Source: an uncultured Candidatus Actinomarina sp.
Lineage (GTDB): Bacteria > Actinomycetota > Acidimicrobiia > Actinomarinales > Actinomarinaceae
DNA: 64,000 nt
Reading direction: 5' to 3'
Assembly: GCA_902615855.1 (NCBI GenBank)
Contig: CACMQN010000001.1
Span: 81,592-145,591, forward strand
The notes beneath the pieces were generated by a model. It did no database searches. It saw only the letters and a program-made list of their open reading frames with translations, and was not told the DNA's origin. Positions 56,036-64,000 of the stretch are shown here, piece by piece. Position 1 is the first letter of the stretch. Each line of letters begins with the position of its first letter. Position numbers and translations under genes: made by a program.

Positions 56036-57342
56036 TGTATGTACCACATTCTGAATTAGATTTAAAAAAGATGTTCGATGAATTAAAAATAAATTCATTA
56101 GATGACTTATTTACTCATATACCTGACGCATTACTGCTAGAAAATGGTCTTGATTTGCCTGAATCATTATCAGAACTTGAATCCATTGATTATTTTGATG
56201 ACATTGCTGCTCGTAATAAATCAGATTTAGTTTGCTTTGCTGGTGGAGGTCATTACGACGTCTATCTTCCTCAAACTGTCAAATCTCTAACTATGAGACC
56301 TGAATTTATGACATCATATACTCCATATCAAGCAGAAATATCTCAAGGGATTCTTCAAGTTTTATTTGAATTTCAATCTTTAGTATGTGATTTAACAGAT
56401 ATGGAATTAGCTAATGCTTCTTTGTATGATGGTGCAACTTCTATAGCTGAAGCGATCTCAGTTGCAATTAACAAAACAAAACGTGATGGAGTTGTTATAT
56501 CATCGGGTATAAATCCAAACAGTAAAGAAGTTATCAATACATTAATTGATAGAAATAAATTCAATTTAGATTATGTAGATCTAGATAACTTTTTATTTCC
56601 AACAAATTTTGAATTTGATGAATCTCAGGCTGCATTTGTAGTTTCATACCCACATTACGAAGGTTCATGTCAGGATTTAACTGAACTTGTTGAGCGTGCA
56701 AAAGAAAAAGGTCTTGTAACTATTTGTTATGTTGACCCATCAATGTTGGGAGTACTTACTACACCCGGACAAATGGGTTTTGACATTATTGTAGCGGAGG
56801 GACAATCACTAGGATCCCCGTTATCTTTTGGTGGTCCAACAGTTGGTTGGTTTGCTACTAAGAAAGAGTTTGCTCGATTAGTTCCAGGAAGATTAATAGG
56901 TGAATCTAGAGATAAAGATGGAAATAAATCTTATGTTATGACTTTAAGAGCTAGGGAACAAGACATCCGAAGAGAAAAAGCTTCATCTAATATATGTACC
57001 AATCAAACTCTTAATGCAATTGGCTCAGCAATTCATCTTTCGTGGCTTGGGCCAGAGGGTATCTTTGAAATGGGATACCATGCTATTCAAAAAGCTAACT
57101 ATATGAGAAAACAGCTCATAAAAAATGGTTATGTAATTCCTAACGATGATTCAAGTTTGAGAGAGTTCCTGCTTGAAGTAAAGTCTGACGCAGCAGAAGT
57201 ACTTCAAAAAATGGGTGATAAGGGTTTCCTTGCAGGAATTTTATATGATGAAAAGCACATACTTGTTGCTGTAACAGAAAAACGCAAAAAAATCGAGATC
57301 GATAATTATATAGAATCACTGATGGAGGTTGATAATGGTTAG
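56035..57342 (+). CDS. gcvPA: glycine dehydrogenase (decarboxylating) subunit 1
   Basis: TSYTPYQAEISQG, ASLYDGATS and SNICTNQ blocks. Confidence 0.9.
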   Translation: MYVPHSELDLKKMFDELKINSLDDLFTHIPDALLLENGLDLPESLSELESIDYFDDIAARNKSDLVCFAGGGHYDVYLPQTVKSLTMRPEFMTSYTPYQAEISQGILQVLFEFQSLVCDLTDMELANASLYDGATSIAEAISVAINKTKRDGVVISSGINPNSKEVINTLIDRNKFNLDYVDLDNFLFPTNFEFDESQAAFVVSYPHYEGSCQDLTELVERAKEKGLVTICYVDPSMLGVLTTPGQMGFDIIVAEGQSLGSPLSFGGPTVGWFATKKEFARLVPGRLIGESRDKDGNKSYVMTLRAREQDIRREKASSNICTNQTLNAIGSAIHLSWLGPEGIFEMGYHAIQKANYMRKQLIKNGYVIPNDDSSLREFLLEVKSDAAEVLQKMGDKGFLAGILYDEKHILVAVTEKRKKIEIDNYIESLMEVDNG

Positions 57343-58840
57343 TGGAGGAAACGCAAGTTCATTACCGTTAGTTGGTGGTAAGCCTGAACCTACTATAAAG
57401 GAATTATCAAGTCCTGGACGCCGTGCATCAAAATTTCCAAAGTTAGATGTACCTGAAGTAAAAATCAACCATGAGTCTCTTAAAAAAGAAAAAGCTAGAC
57501 TTCCTGAAGTATCTGAGCATGATTTGGTTATGCATTATTCAAGGCTAGCTCATAGAAACTTTGCTGTAGATCTCGGTTTCTATCCACTTGGATCTTGCAC
57601 AATGAAATATAATCCAAGGTTTGCAGATTCTATTGCCTCTGATTCGAGATTTGCAAATATGCATCCCTCAATGCCTGAAGAATTTACCCAGGGCTGTTTA
57701 AAGGTTTATTACGAAATTGGAAACTATCTGTGTGAAATTACTGGTATGGATGATGCTAGTTTTCAACCACCTGCTGGTGCTTCTGGTGAACTAACAGGGT
57801 TATTAATAATCAAAAAATATTTAGAAGTAAACAATATGAATCATAAATCAGAAATTATTGTTCCCGATTCTGCACATGGGACTAATCCAGCATCAGCAAG
57901 AATGGCTGGATTTACAGTAGTAGAAGTTGAAACGGATTCACGTGGAATGGTAAATATTGATAAATTAAAAGAGATTGTTAATGATAACACTGCCGGTTTA
58001 ATGCTTACAAACCCTAATACTGGTGGACTATTTGAAGAAGAAATCCTTACAATTTCTCAAATAATTCATAATGCTGGAGGACTTTTATATTATGATGGTG
58101 CGAACCTTAATGCAATAGTTGGGTCTTCGAGACCCGGGGACATGGGCTTTGATATAGTTCACTCAAATTTACATAAGACATTTGCCACACCTCACGGAGG
58201 TGGTGGACCTGGTTCAGGACCCGTAGCAGTAAAAAGTTTTTTAAGAGAATATTTACCAGGACCAATAGCAGAGAATAAAGATCGTAAATATAACTGGTAT
58301 CACCCAGAAAATAGTATCGGTAGAATGCACGGATATCATGGAAACTTTTTAGTTACTTTGAGAGCATTAGTCTATATGAAATTACTTGGTAAAGAAGGTT
58401 TAGATAAACTTGGTGCTTATGCGGTTTTAAATGCTCGATACTTAAGTTCAAAGGTTTCAAAAATTATTCCACTTGCATATGATGAACCATGTATGCATGA
58501 GTTTGTAGCTTCTGTAAGAGATCTAAAAAAATCACATAAGATTAAAGCTTATGATGTTGGAAAAGCTCTACTTGATAAAGGCTTTCATTCACCAACAATT
58601 TATTTTCCTTTGATAGTTGAAGAAGCTTTGATGTTCGAGCCAACAGAAACTCAATCAAAAGAAACATTAGACGATCTAGCAGAGAATCTAAAATTAATAG
58701 TTGATGATTTACAAAAAGAAGATGTTGTACTTGAAGATTTTCCTAAAAACCTCCCAGTGGGAAGACCAAATGAGCTTATTCCTGCAAAGTATCTGACTGT
58801 AAATTGGGGAGATTTTGAACTTCTTGAAATAACTGAATAG
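57329..58840 (+). CDS. gcvPB: glycine dehydrogenase (decarboxylating) subunit 2
   Basis: GSCTMKYNP, PDSAHGTNPAS and the PLP-Lys context SNLHKTF. Confidence 0.9.
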   Translation: MIMVSGGNASSLPLVGGKPEPTIKELSSPGRRASKFPKLDVPEVKINHESLKKEKARLPEVSEHDLVMHYSRLAHRNFAVDLGFYPLGSCTMKYNPRFADSIASDSRFANMHPSMPEEFTQGCLKVYYEIGNYLCEITGMDDASFQPPAGASGELTGLLIIKKYLEVNNMNHKSEIIVPDSAHGTNPASARMAGFTVVEVETDSRGMVNIDKLKEIVNDNTAGLMLTNPNTGGLFEEEILTISQIIHNAGGLLYYDGANLNAIVGSSRPGDMGFDIVHSNLHKTFATPHGGGGPGSGPVAVKSFLREYLPGPIAENKDRKYNWYHPENSIGRMHGYHGNFLVTLRALVYMKLLGKEGLDKLGAYAVLNARYLSSKVSKIIPLAYDEPCMHEFVASVRDLKKSHKIKAYDVGKALLDKGFHSPTIYFPLIVEEALMFEPTETQSKETLDDLAENLKLIVDDLQKEDVVLEDFPKNLPVGRPNELIPAKYLTVNWGDFELLEITE

Positions 58841-58849
58841 TATGTAGAC

Positions 58850-60496
58850 ATGTCTACAACAAAACTGGAAATAGATAGAAATATATCAACCTTAAGGACT
58901 AATTCAAAAGAATTTTATAATCTATCTAATATTCAATTAACTTCAATGCTTGAAGAGCTTATTTCTAATATCAATGAAGTAGCATATTATTGGGCGACAA
59001 TATGTTCTGATAACAAAGGTACTACTAAAACTCCTGCAGAAGGCGAAGAATGGATGGCAGGACCTTTTGCATCGGTCTTAGCAACTCAATATTATATAGA
59101 TACTCTTTTAAACAATGATGATCTACTTTTTAAAAATTACAATGAAAAAGAAAATAGTTATAAAGTATTTCCAAATAATCTAATTGAGAGGTTCATTTTT
59201 CCTTTTGTAGATGCAAAAGTGTATTTCAATAAGTCAATGAATTTTAATGACATAAATGAATATCGAGGCTTTTCAAGCAGGTATGGAGGTAAGCCCTCAA
59301 TTACTTTAGTTTTGGGAGCAGGAAATTATTCTTCAATTCCATTTTTAGATACTATTTATCAACTTATTACAAAAAGATCAGTTGTTTTATTGAAATTAAA
59401 TCCTGTAAATGAATACCTTAAACCAGTATTTGATAAAGTATTTCAAAATTTTATTTCTCGAGGATTCCTTATTATAACAACAGGTAATACAGAAGAATCG
59501 AAATATATGGTAAATCATCCGGGAGTTGGTCACATACACTTGACTGGATCTGATGAAACTTACGAGGATATTGTTTATGGAAGAAAATTAAGTGATAGTG
59601 AAAAAAAATTGAAATCACTACCTAAAGTAAACAATAAACCCATTACCTCTGAACTAGGTAATGTTACACCTTTTATTATTCATCCAGGAAAATGGTCTAC
59701 TTCAGATATTAAATATCAAGCTAGAAAAATTGTTACTGCAAAACTGAATAACAACGGATTTAATTGCATATCAGCCCAAGTTATAGTTTTACCAGATGGA
59801 TGGGGACAAACAGAAACTTTAATTAAGTACATAAAATTCTATATGAAAAAAACGAAGAATAGAGATGCTTATTATCCCGAAAGTTATGAAAGATTAAATA
59901 AACTCGAAAAAGATAAAAATTATGAACGCGTAAATGATGAACATTGCGCAACACCACATTTAACTAGAGAAATTAAAGCATATAATAAGTATGAGTTAGA
60001 TGAAGTCTGGTCTTCTGCAATTTATTTTAAAAAATTAGAATATACTTCACCAGAAAATTATGCCCAAAAATCAATTAATTATTGTAATAATGAACTTTGG
60101 GGAAACTTAGGCATTTCTATCATTATGAAAAATAGTAATAAAAAGTTCAACAAGCATATTTTAGAAAAATACATATCTGATTTAAATTATGGAACAATAG
60201 CTATTAATGAATGGGCTGCTATGGGCTACATAATTCCTCAATTACCTTGGGGTGGTTTTCCAGGAAATAAAGACAATGATATTCAAAGTGGACAGTCTAT
60301 TGTCCATAATTCTTTACTATTTGAGTCACCATTAAAAGGGGTGGTAAATACGAAGTTTAGAATATCTAAACTTATTGATCCTCCATGGTTTATTACAAAT
60401 AAAAAAACTAGAAGGTTATTTAAAAATCTTACCTATTATCAAATCAATAATTCAAATACAAATTTATTAAAATTAATTTTTGCTGCACTAATATAA
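58850..60496 (+). CDS. aldehyde dehydrogenase superfamily protein (divergent)
   Basis: SELGNVTP (equivalent to the ELGG Glu motif) and NNGFNCISAQ (catalytic Cys context). Confidence 0.55.
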   Translation: MSTTKLEIDRNISTLRTNSKEFYNLSNIQLTSMLEELISNINEVAYYWATICSDNKGTTKTPAEGEEWMAGPFASVLATQYYIDTLLNNDDLLFKNYNEKENSYKVFPNNLIERFIFPFVDAKVYFNKSMNFNDINEYRGFSSRYGGKPSITLVLGAGNYSSIPFLDTIYQLITKRSVVLLKLNPVNEYLKPVFDKVFQNFISRGFLIITTGNTEESKYMVNHPGVGHIHLTGSDETYEDIVYGRKLSDSEKKLKSLPKVNNKPITSELGNVTPFIIHPGKWSTSDIKYQARKIVTAKLNNNGFNCISAQVIVLPDGWGQTETLIKYIKFYMKKTKNRDAYYPESYERLNKLEKDKNYERVNDEHCATPHLTREIKAYNKYELDEVWSSAIYFKKLEYTSPENYAQKSINYCNNELWGNLGISIIMKNSNKKFNKHILEKYISDLNYGTIAINEWAAMGYIIPQLPWGGFPGNKDNDIQSGQSIVHNSLLFESPLKGVVNTKFRISKLIDPPWFITNKKTRRLFKNLTYYQINNSNTNLLKLIFAALI

Positions 60497-60500
60497 TTAT

Positions 60501-61625
60501 ATGAAAAAGTTCAGTTATGCCATTCTTGCTATAACTATACTTTTTTGCAGTAACGATCCAGAAACCTCAGTAAATACGATTGAAAATGATATAACAACAA
60601 CAACTCAAGAAACTGCAATCAATGACTCTTCGAAACAAATTTCACCAGATGAAACATCTGTTGATGAAGATATTATTGAAAAATATGTATATGACTCAGA
60701 AAAAATGTCACCATTTACTGGTCTTGAAATTTCCTCTGAACTTTGGCTTAAGCGACCTCGTCGTGTTCTAGCTTTTAAAATTGATAATAACTTAAATGCA
60801 AGACCTCAATCAGGTTTACAAGAAGCTGATACTGTCATGGAAATACTTGTTGAAGGAGGGATGACACGATTTTTAGCATTTTTTATGGATAACCAAAGTT
60901 CATATGTTGGACCAATTCGTTCAGCACGACCAACTGATCCAACGTTAGTAAGACCATATGGTGGAATACTTGTCGTATCTGGAGCAACTGCTGGCCTTAT
61001 ACCTGAAATTAGAGAACTAGGTGTACCGGTACTTGAAGAAAGACCATCTCCAACTATGTTTAGGATAGAAGATCGCAATAAACCGCATAATCTTTATGCA
61101 GATACTGAACTTGTAAGAGAGTATGTTGACGAAAAAGGTTTTTATTTCAATCAGTCAGTTCAGCCACTATATGAATTCGGCAATGATCAAACAGCTTGGC
61201 TCACCGGTGCAAACAGAATTACTATTAAGTACAGTGATTTTACTACTGTGATATGGAAAAAAGATCAAGATAAGTATTCAAGATTTATAGTTGATGGTTA
61301 TGATTCTTCCAATGAAGCTGTTGCTCATAATTTTTTAACTAGAGATGGTTATTCTGAAATTTTACAAGTTCCTACAGTAGTTTTAATCCAAGGCGCTTTA
61401 TATAACGACGAATCAACAACACTCCCAAGTGTTTTGACTGTTGGAATCGGTCCATTAACTATTTTTCATGATGGTAAATTTGTAGAGGGAACATGGAGAC
61501 GTAATGATATTGCTGACCCTTTTGTTTTTTTTGATAAAGATCAAAACAAAATTGAAGTTCCACCTAGTAAACAATGGATACATATATTACCTTCAACTGC
61601 AGAAATTACGTGGAGTGATAAATAG
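60501..61625 (+). CDS. DUF3048 (YerB-like) lipoprotein
   Basis: Signal peptide plus Cys (ITILFCSNDP). ARPQSGLQEADTVMEILVEGGMTRFLAFF and GPIRSARPTD are the DUF3048 hallmark blocks. Confidence 0.65.
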   Translation: MKKFSYAILAITILFCSNDPETSVNTIENDITTTTQETAINDSSKQISPDETSVDEDIIEKYVYDSEKMSPFTGLEISSELWLKRPRRVLAFKIDNNLNARPQSGLQEADTVMEILVEGGMTRFLAFFMDNQSSYVGPIRSARPTDPTLVRPYGGILVVSGATAGLIPEIRELGVPVLEERPSPTMFRIEDRNKPHNLYADTELVREYVDEKGFYFNQSVQPLYEFGNDQTAWLTGANRITIKYSDFTTVIWKKDQDKYSRFIVDGYDSSNEAVAHNFLTRDGYSEILQVPTVVLIQGALYNDESTTLPSVLTVGIGPLTIFHDGKFVEGTWRRNDIADPFVFFDKDQNKIEVPPSKQWIHILPSTAEITWSDK

Positions 61626-63466
61626 TAATTAAAAAACTTGTATTTTTATTCATTTTTATTGTATCTTGCAGTTCAGGACAAGATATTGAAAGTGTTGATA
61701 TATTAAGTGTTGAAACTACTTTATCTGATAATTCAACAACAACTTCAACAATTAAGTCAACTACTACAACTACATTAATAACAGATAATACATCAACTAC
61801 AACGACTACAATCCCAATTTCAATCGACACTATTGAAGATGCTCAAAATGCCCTTAAAAATCTTAATTTATATCTTGGAGAAATTGATGGAATTATTGGT
61901 TCAATGACCAAAAAAGCAATAAGAGAATTTCAAAAACTTTCTGGATTAACAATTGATGGTTTACTTGGTCCACAAACAAAAGCTGCATTAGCTTTAGGAG
62001 AGGAATCATACATCGATATAGGCGAAGGTGATGTTAGTGATGTTAATGAAATTGTTTATTCTAAAGAAGTTGAAGATGCGCAAATTAAGTTAAAAGATTT
62101 GAATTTATATACAGGATTAATTGATGGTTTATATGGAGTTGGAACCAAAAATGCTGTAAAAGAATTTCAGAGATTAGCTAATTTATCAATAGATGGTGTC
62201 TTAGGACCGATGACATTATCAGCTTTGGAAAAAGGTGAAGACGCTTATGTTACAAATAAAAAAGATCAAGATATTGAATCTACAAATAATCAAACGCCAG
62301 CCTCAAATAGTAATTCTAATTTAGCAGTAGATCTTCGAAACTATAATCCAAATGCTACATGCATAGCTGGGTATGTAAATGATAATCAAATTTGGGTACC
62401 AGATCCTTGTTTCTACCCTGTATTTGTATTTAGGTATGGGCAGACTGTACAAGTTAATTCACAAGCAGAATTAGACGCATATTTAAACCAAAATTGGTCA
62501 TTAGAACAAGAAAAAGTTTATGAAAATCTTGGTAGAGTGCCTACTCAGAATTATGTAGATGGTGTAAATTCTCCAGTTAACGGTTTGATTATGTCTGGAA
62601 GCGTAAATAATAGAATTGTAATTGGAGTTAAAAACGATAACAATGTAAGAGCGAGGCCTCAATCTGGTCCACAAAATGCTGATGCTGTTGTTGAAGTATT
62701 GGTTGAAGGTGGAATGACTAGATTTATAAATATATTTTATCAAAGCGATACATCTTATCATGGTCCTATTAGATCAGCTCGACCAACTGATCCAACAGTA
62801 TTGAGACCATTAGATGGTGTTCTTGTCGCAAGTGGTGCTACTGGAGGTTTAATACCAGAAATTGAGAATATGGGTGTACCTGTTATAACTGATAGACGAC
62901 CTGACTATTTTCGAATCGCTTCAAGAAAGGCACCTCACAATTTATATGCTGATACTTCATTACTGAAAGCAACAGCCATCAATAGAGGATATCAAAAGTC
63001 AATTAATCCTCAGCCACTGTTTCCATGGGGTGATCCAAATTTTTCTAATTGGATCAATAATAGTTATCTAACGCTTTCATTTTCAGGATATACTTCAACA
63101 ACATGGACGTGGAACGGTAGTAATTATACGAGAACTTATTTTGATGCATATAAAAATCAAAATCGTGATAATCCACATAATTGGATTGATTCTAATGGAA
63201 ACACAGGTCAAATTACCACCGATACCGTTATAGCACTTTTCTGTGAACCATATATTCATCCATTACAATTACCGTCAGTAAAAACTGTTGGTGATGGAAG
63301 AGCTTTGATTCTACATGAAGGAAAGCTATTAGATGCATGGTGGAAAAGAGGTTCTAATCAAGATCCATTTCATATTGTAGATAGCAACAACAATATATTG
63401 TATGTACCAAAGGGTAAAGTTTGGATTTCTTTAGTTCCAAATACAAAATCACCTTCTTTTGGTTAA
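61622..63466 (+). CDS. DUF3048 lipoprotein paralog with Thr-rich linker and three PG_binding_1-like repeats; probable AUA/AUU start
   Basis: The frame is open from 61622 and encodes (I)VIKKLVFLFIFIVSCSSGQ (signal peptide plus lipobox), a TTT-rich linker, then three repeats of the type LxxLxLYxGxIDGxxGxxTxxAxxEFQ. The first ATG (61904) falls inside repeat 1. The C-terminal half carries the DUF3048 blocks (ARPQSGPQNADAVVEVLVEGGMTRF, GPIRSARPTD). Confidence 0.6.
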   Translation: MVIKKLVFLFIFIVSCSSGQDIESVDILSVETTLSDNSTTTSTIKSTTTTTLITDNTSTTTTTIPISIDTIEDAQNALKNLNLYLGEIDGIIGSMTKKAIREFQKLSGLTIDGLLGPQTKAALALGEESYIDIGEGDVSDVNEIVYSKEVEDAQIKLKDLNLYTGLIDGLYGVGTKNAVKEFQRLANLSIDGVLGPMTLSALEKGEDAYVTNKKDQDIESTNNQTPASNSNSNLAVDLRNYNPNATCIAGYVNDNQIWVPDPCFYPVFVFRYGQTVQVNSQAELDAYLNQNWSLEQEKVYENLGRVPTQNYVDGVNSPVNGLIMSGSVNNRIVIGVKNDNNVRARPQSGPQNADAVVEVLVEGGMTRFINIFYQSDTSYHGPIRSARPTDPTVLRPLDGVLVASGATGGLIPEIENMGVPVITDRRPDYFRIASRKAPHNLYADTSLLKATAINRGYQKSINPQPLFPWGDPNFSNWINNSYLTLSFSGYTSTTWTWNGSNYTRTYFDAYKNQNRDNPHNWIDSNGNTGQITTDTVIALFCEPYIHPLQLPSVKTVGDGRALILHEGKLLDAWWKRGSNQDPFHIVDSNNNILYVPKGKVWISLVPNTKSPSFG

Positions 63467-63541
63467 ATAACTTTACTTTTCATATTTTTTCATGGTAATC
63501 TAAGAGTGCGTTTCAATTAAGTGTGATACGCAGCCCTGTTG

Positions 63542-63573
63542 GGAAGCCTCCTTTTTTGGGGGCTTCCGTTTTT
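63542..63573 (+). terminator. strong GC-rich rho-independent terminator
   Basis: GGAAGCCTCC-TTTTTT-GGGGGCTTCC (10-bp stem with one G-U pair) followed by GTTTTT. It ends one base before the stop of the convergent gene. Confidence 0.8.
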
Positions 63574-64000
63574 CTACAGCTTTTCTGCCAATATATCTAA
63601 AGTATCACCCCAAACAATATCAGGAATATAAGCAATTAAGTATTCACATTCAACTGATGAAAATTCTTCAAGGGTATCGAAAACTTTCTCCTTAAGTCCT
63701 ACTAAAGGTTTGTTAGTATACATTTCTTTTGGTATTCCTGTTACATTTACAATCTTGTTTAACTTAAAATCTAAATCTTTTTGATTTTCAGCAATTAATA
63801 CGTTTGAATGTAGTGTTTTTTTTATTTCTGAATAATTACGTTTTTGTTCTTCACAATGGTTTTTTAATATTTTTGATTTATGTACAAAACCATCTATATC
63901 GACATCCCAATTACCGTAATCTCCATATTTTGCTAATAATTTCAATGTAACTTTTTCACCACCACCACAAACCCAAAGAGGTGGATAAGGTTTTTGTAAT
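63574..64000 (-). CDS. LLM-class flavin/F420-dependent oxidoreductase, N-terminus beyond window
   Basis: The frame stays open to the window edge (..KPYPPLWVCGGGEKVTLKLLAKYGDYGNW..), the typical LLM C-terminal half. The TTG start in the ORF track is internal. Confidence 0.6.
   Translation of the reverse strand, partial: LQKPYPPLWVCGGGEKVTLKLLAKYGDYGNWDVDIDGFVHKSKILKNHCEEQKRNYSEIKKTLHSNVLIAENQKDLDFKLNKIVNVTGIPKEMYTNKPLVGLKEKVFDTLEEFSSVECEYLIAYIPDIVWGDTLDILAEKL

Noticed and set aside
61606-61830. The minus-strand 74-aa ORF rich in Val (..IVVVVVDVL..VVVVDLIVEVVV..).
   Set aside because: It is the antisense shadow of the Thr-rich (ACN repeat) linker of the plus-strand DUF3048/PG-binding lipoprotein. 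It has no independent support.
63481-63541. A possible small RNA or structured element in the 107-nt spacer upstream of the terminator (TGCGT...ACGCA, a 5-bp stem with an 18-nt loop).
   Set aside because: The stem is short and weak, and there is no recognisable riboswitch or sRNA motif. The region is more likely just the 3' UTR leading into the terminator.
1-64000. A search for CRISPR arrays, IS elements/transposases, integrases, prophage genes, rRNA and toxin-antitoxin or classical defence genes (restriction-modification, Cas, Abi-like).
   Set aside because: I recognised no repeat-spacer periodicity, no DDE/tyrosine/serine recombinase motifs and no defence-system hallmark proteins in any of the ORFs. 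The window looks like core or flexible chromosome rather than a mobile island.

Overview
This is an AT-rich (about one-third G+C by eye), extremely compact chromosomal segment. I call about 75 protein genes and 3 tRNAs. I saw no rRNA, CRISPR array, transposase, integrase or long repeat. The backbone order is pnp ... dapB-dapA-ftsK ... cinA-recA-miaB-miaA-dapF / lexA-LysM-nrdR ... dut-tRNA(Gly,Cys). That is the conserved actinobacterial core synteny, the region I recall as Rv2783c to Rv2697c in M. tuberculosis. I therefore infer a streamlined low-GC marine actinobacterium, possibly Candidatus Actinomarinales-like; this is inference only. Other content: a phnDCEE phosphonate ABC transporter, a gcvH-T-PA-PB glycine cleavage operon, glpK, a GH1 glycosidase, ggt, a haloalkane-dehalogenase-like hydrolase, F420/flavin-type oxidoreductases, and many small transporters and DUF proteins. 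The observations most worth a second look are these. (1) A TlpA/redoxin-like lipoprotein has an in-frame TGA at the first Cys of its CxxC motif, followed by a SECIS-like hairpin, so it is a candidate selenoprotein. (2) Two genes have conserved N-termini and signal peptides that can only be translated from AUA/AUU/AUC codons placed 6 nt after a GGAG. (3) An LLM oxidoreductase, a CCAEP-tail radical SAM protein and a flavin reductase form a translationally coupled operon. (4) A CobS/CobT-like AAA+/vWA pair has the Walker A Ser and Walker B Asp apparently swapped, plus an HExxH motif in the vWA partner. (5) umuD-like and umuC genes are divergent; the UmuD-like protein has an AT-hook-like N-terminal extension, and the shared promoter carries a palindrome that is not a LexA box. 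(6) An unannotated 36-aa double-CxxC zinc-ribbon ORF is stop/start-coupled to a SAM methyltransferase. All functional calls come from motif recognition by eye; no searches were run.
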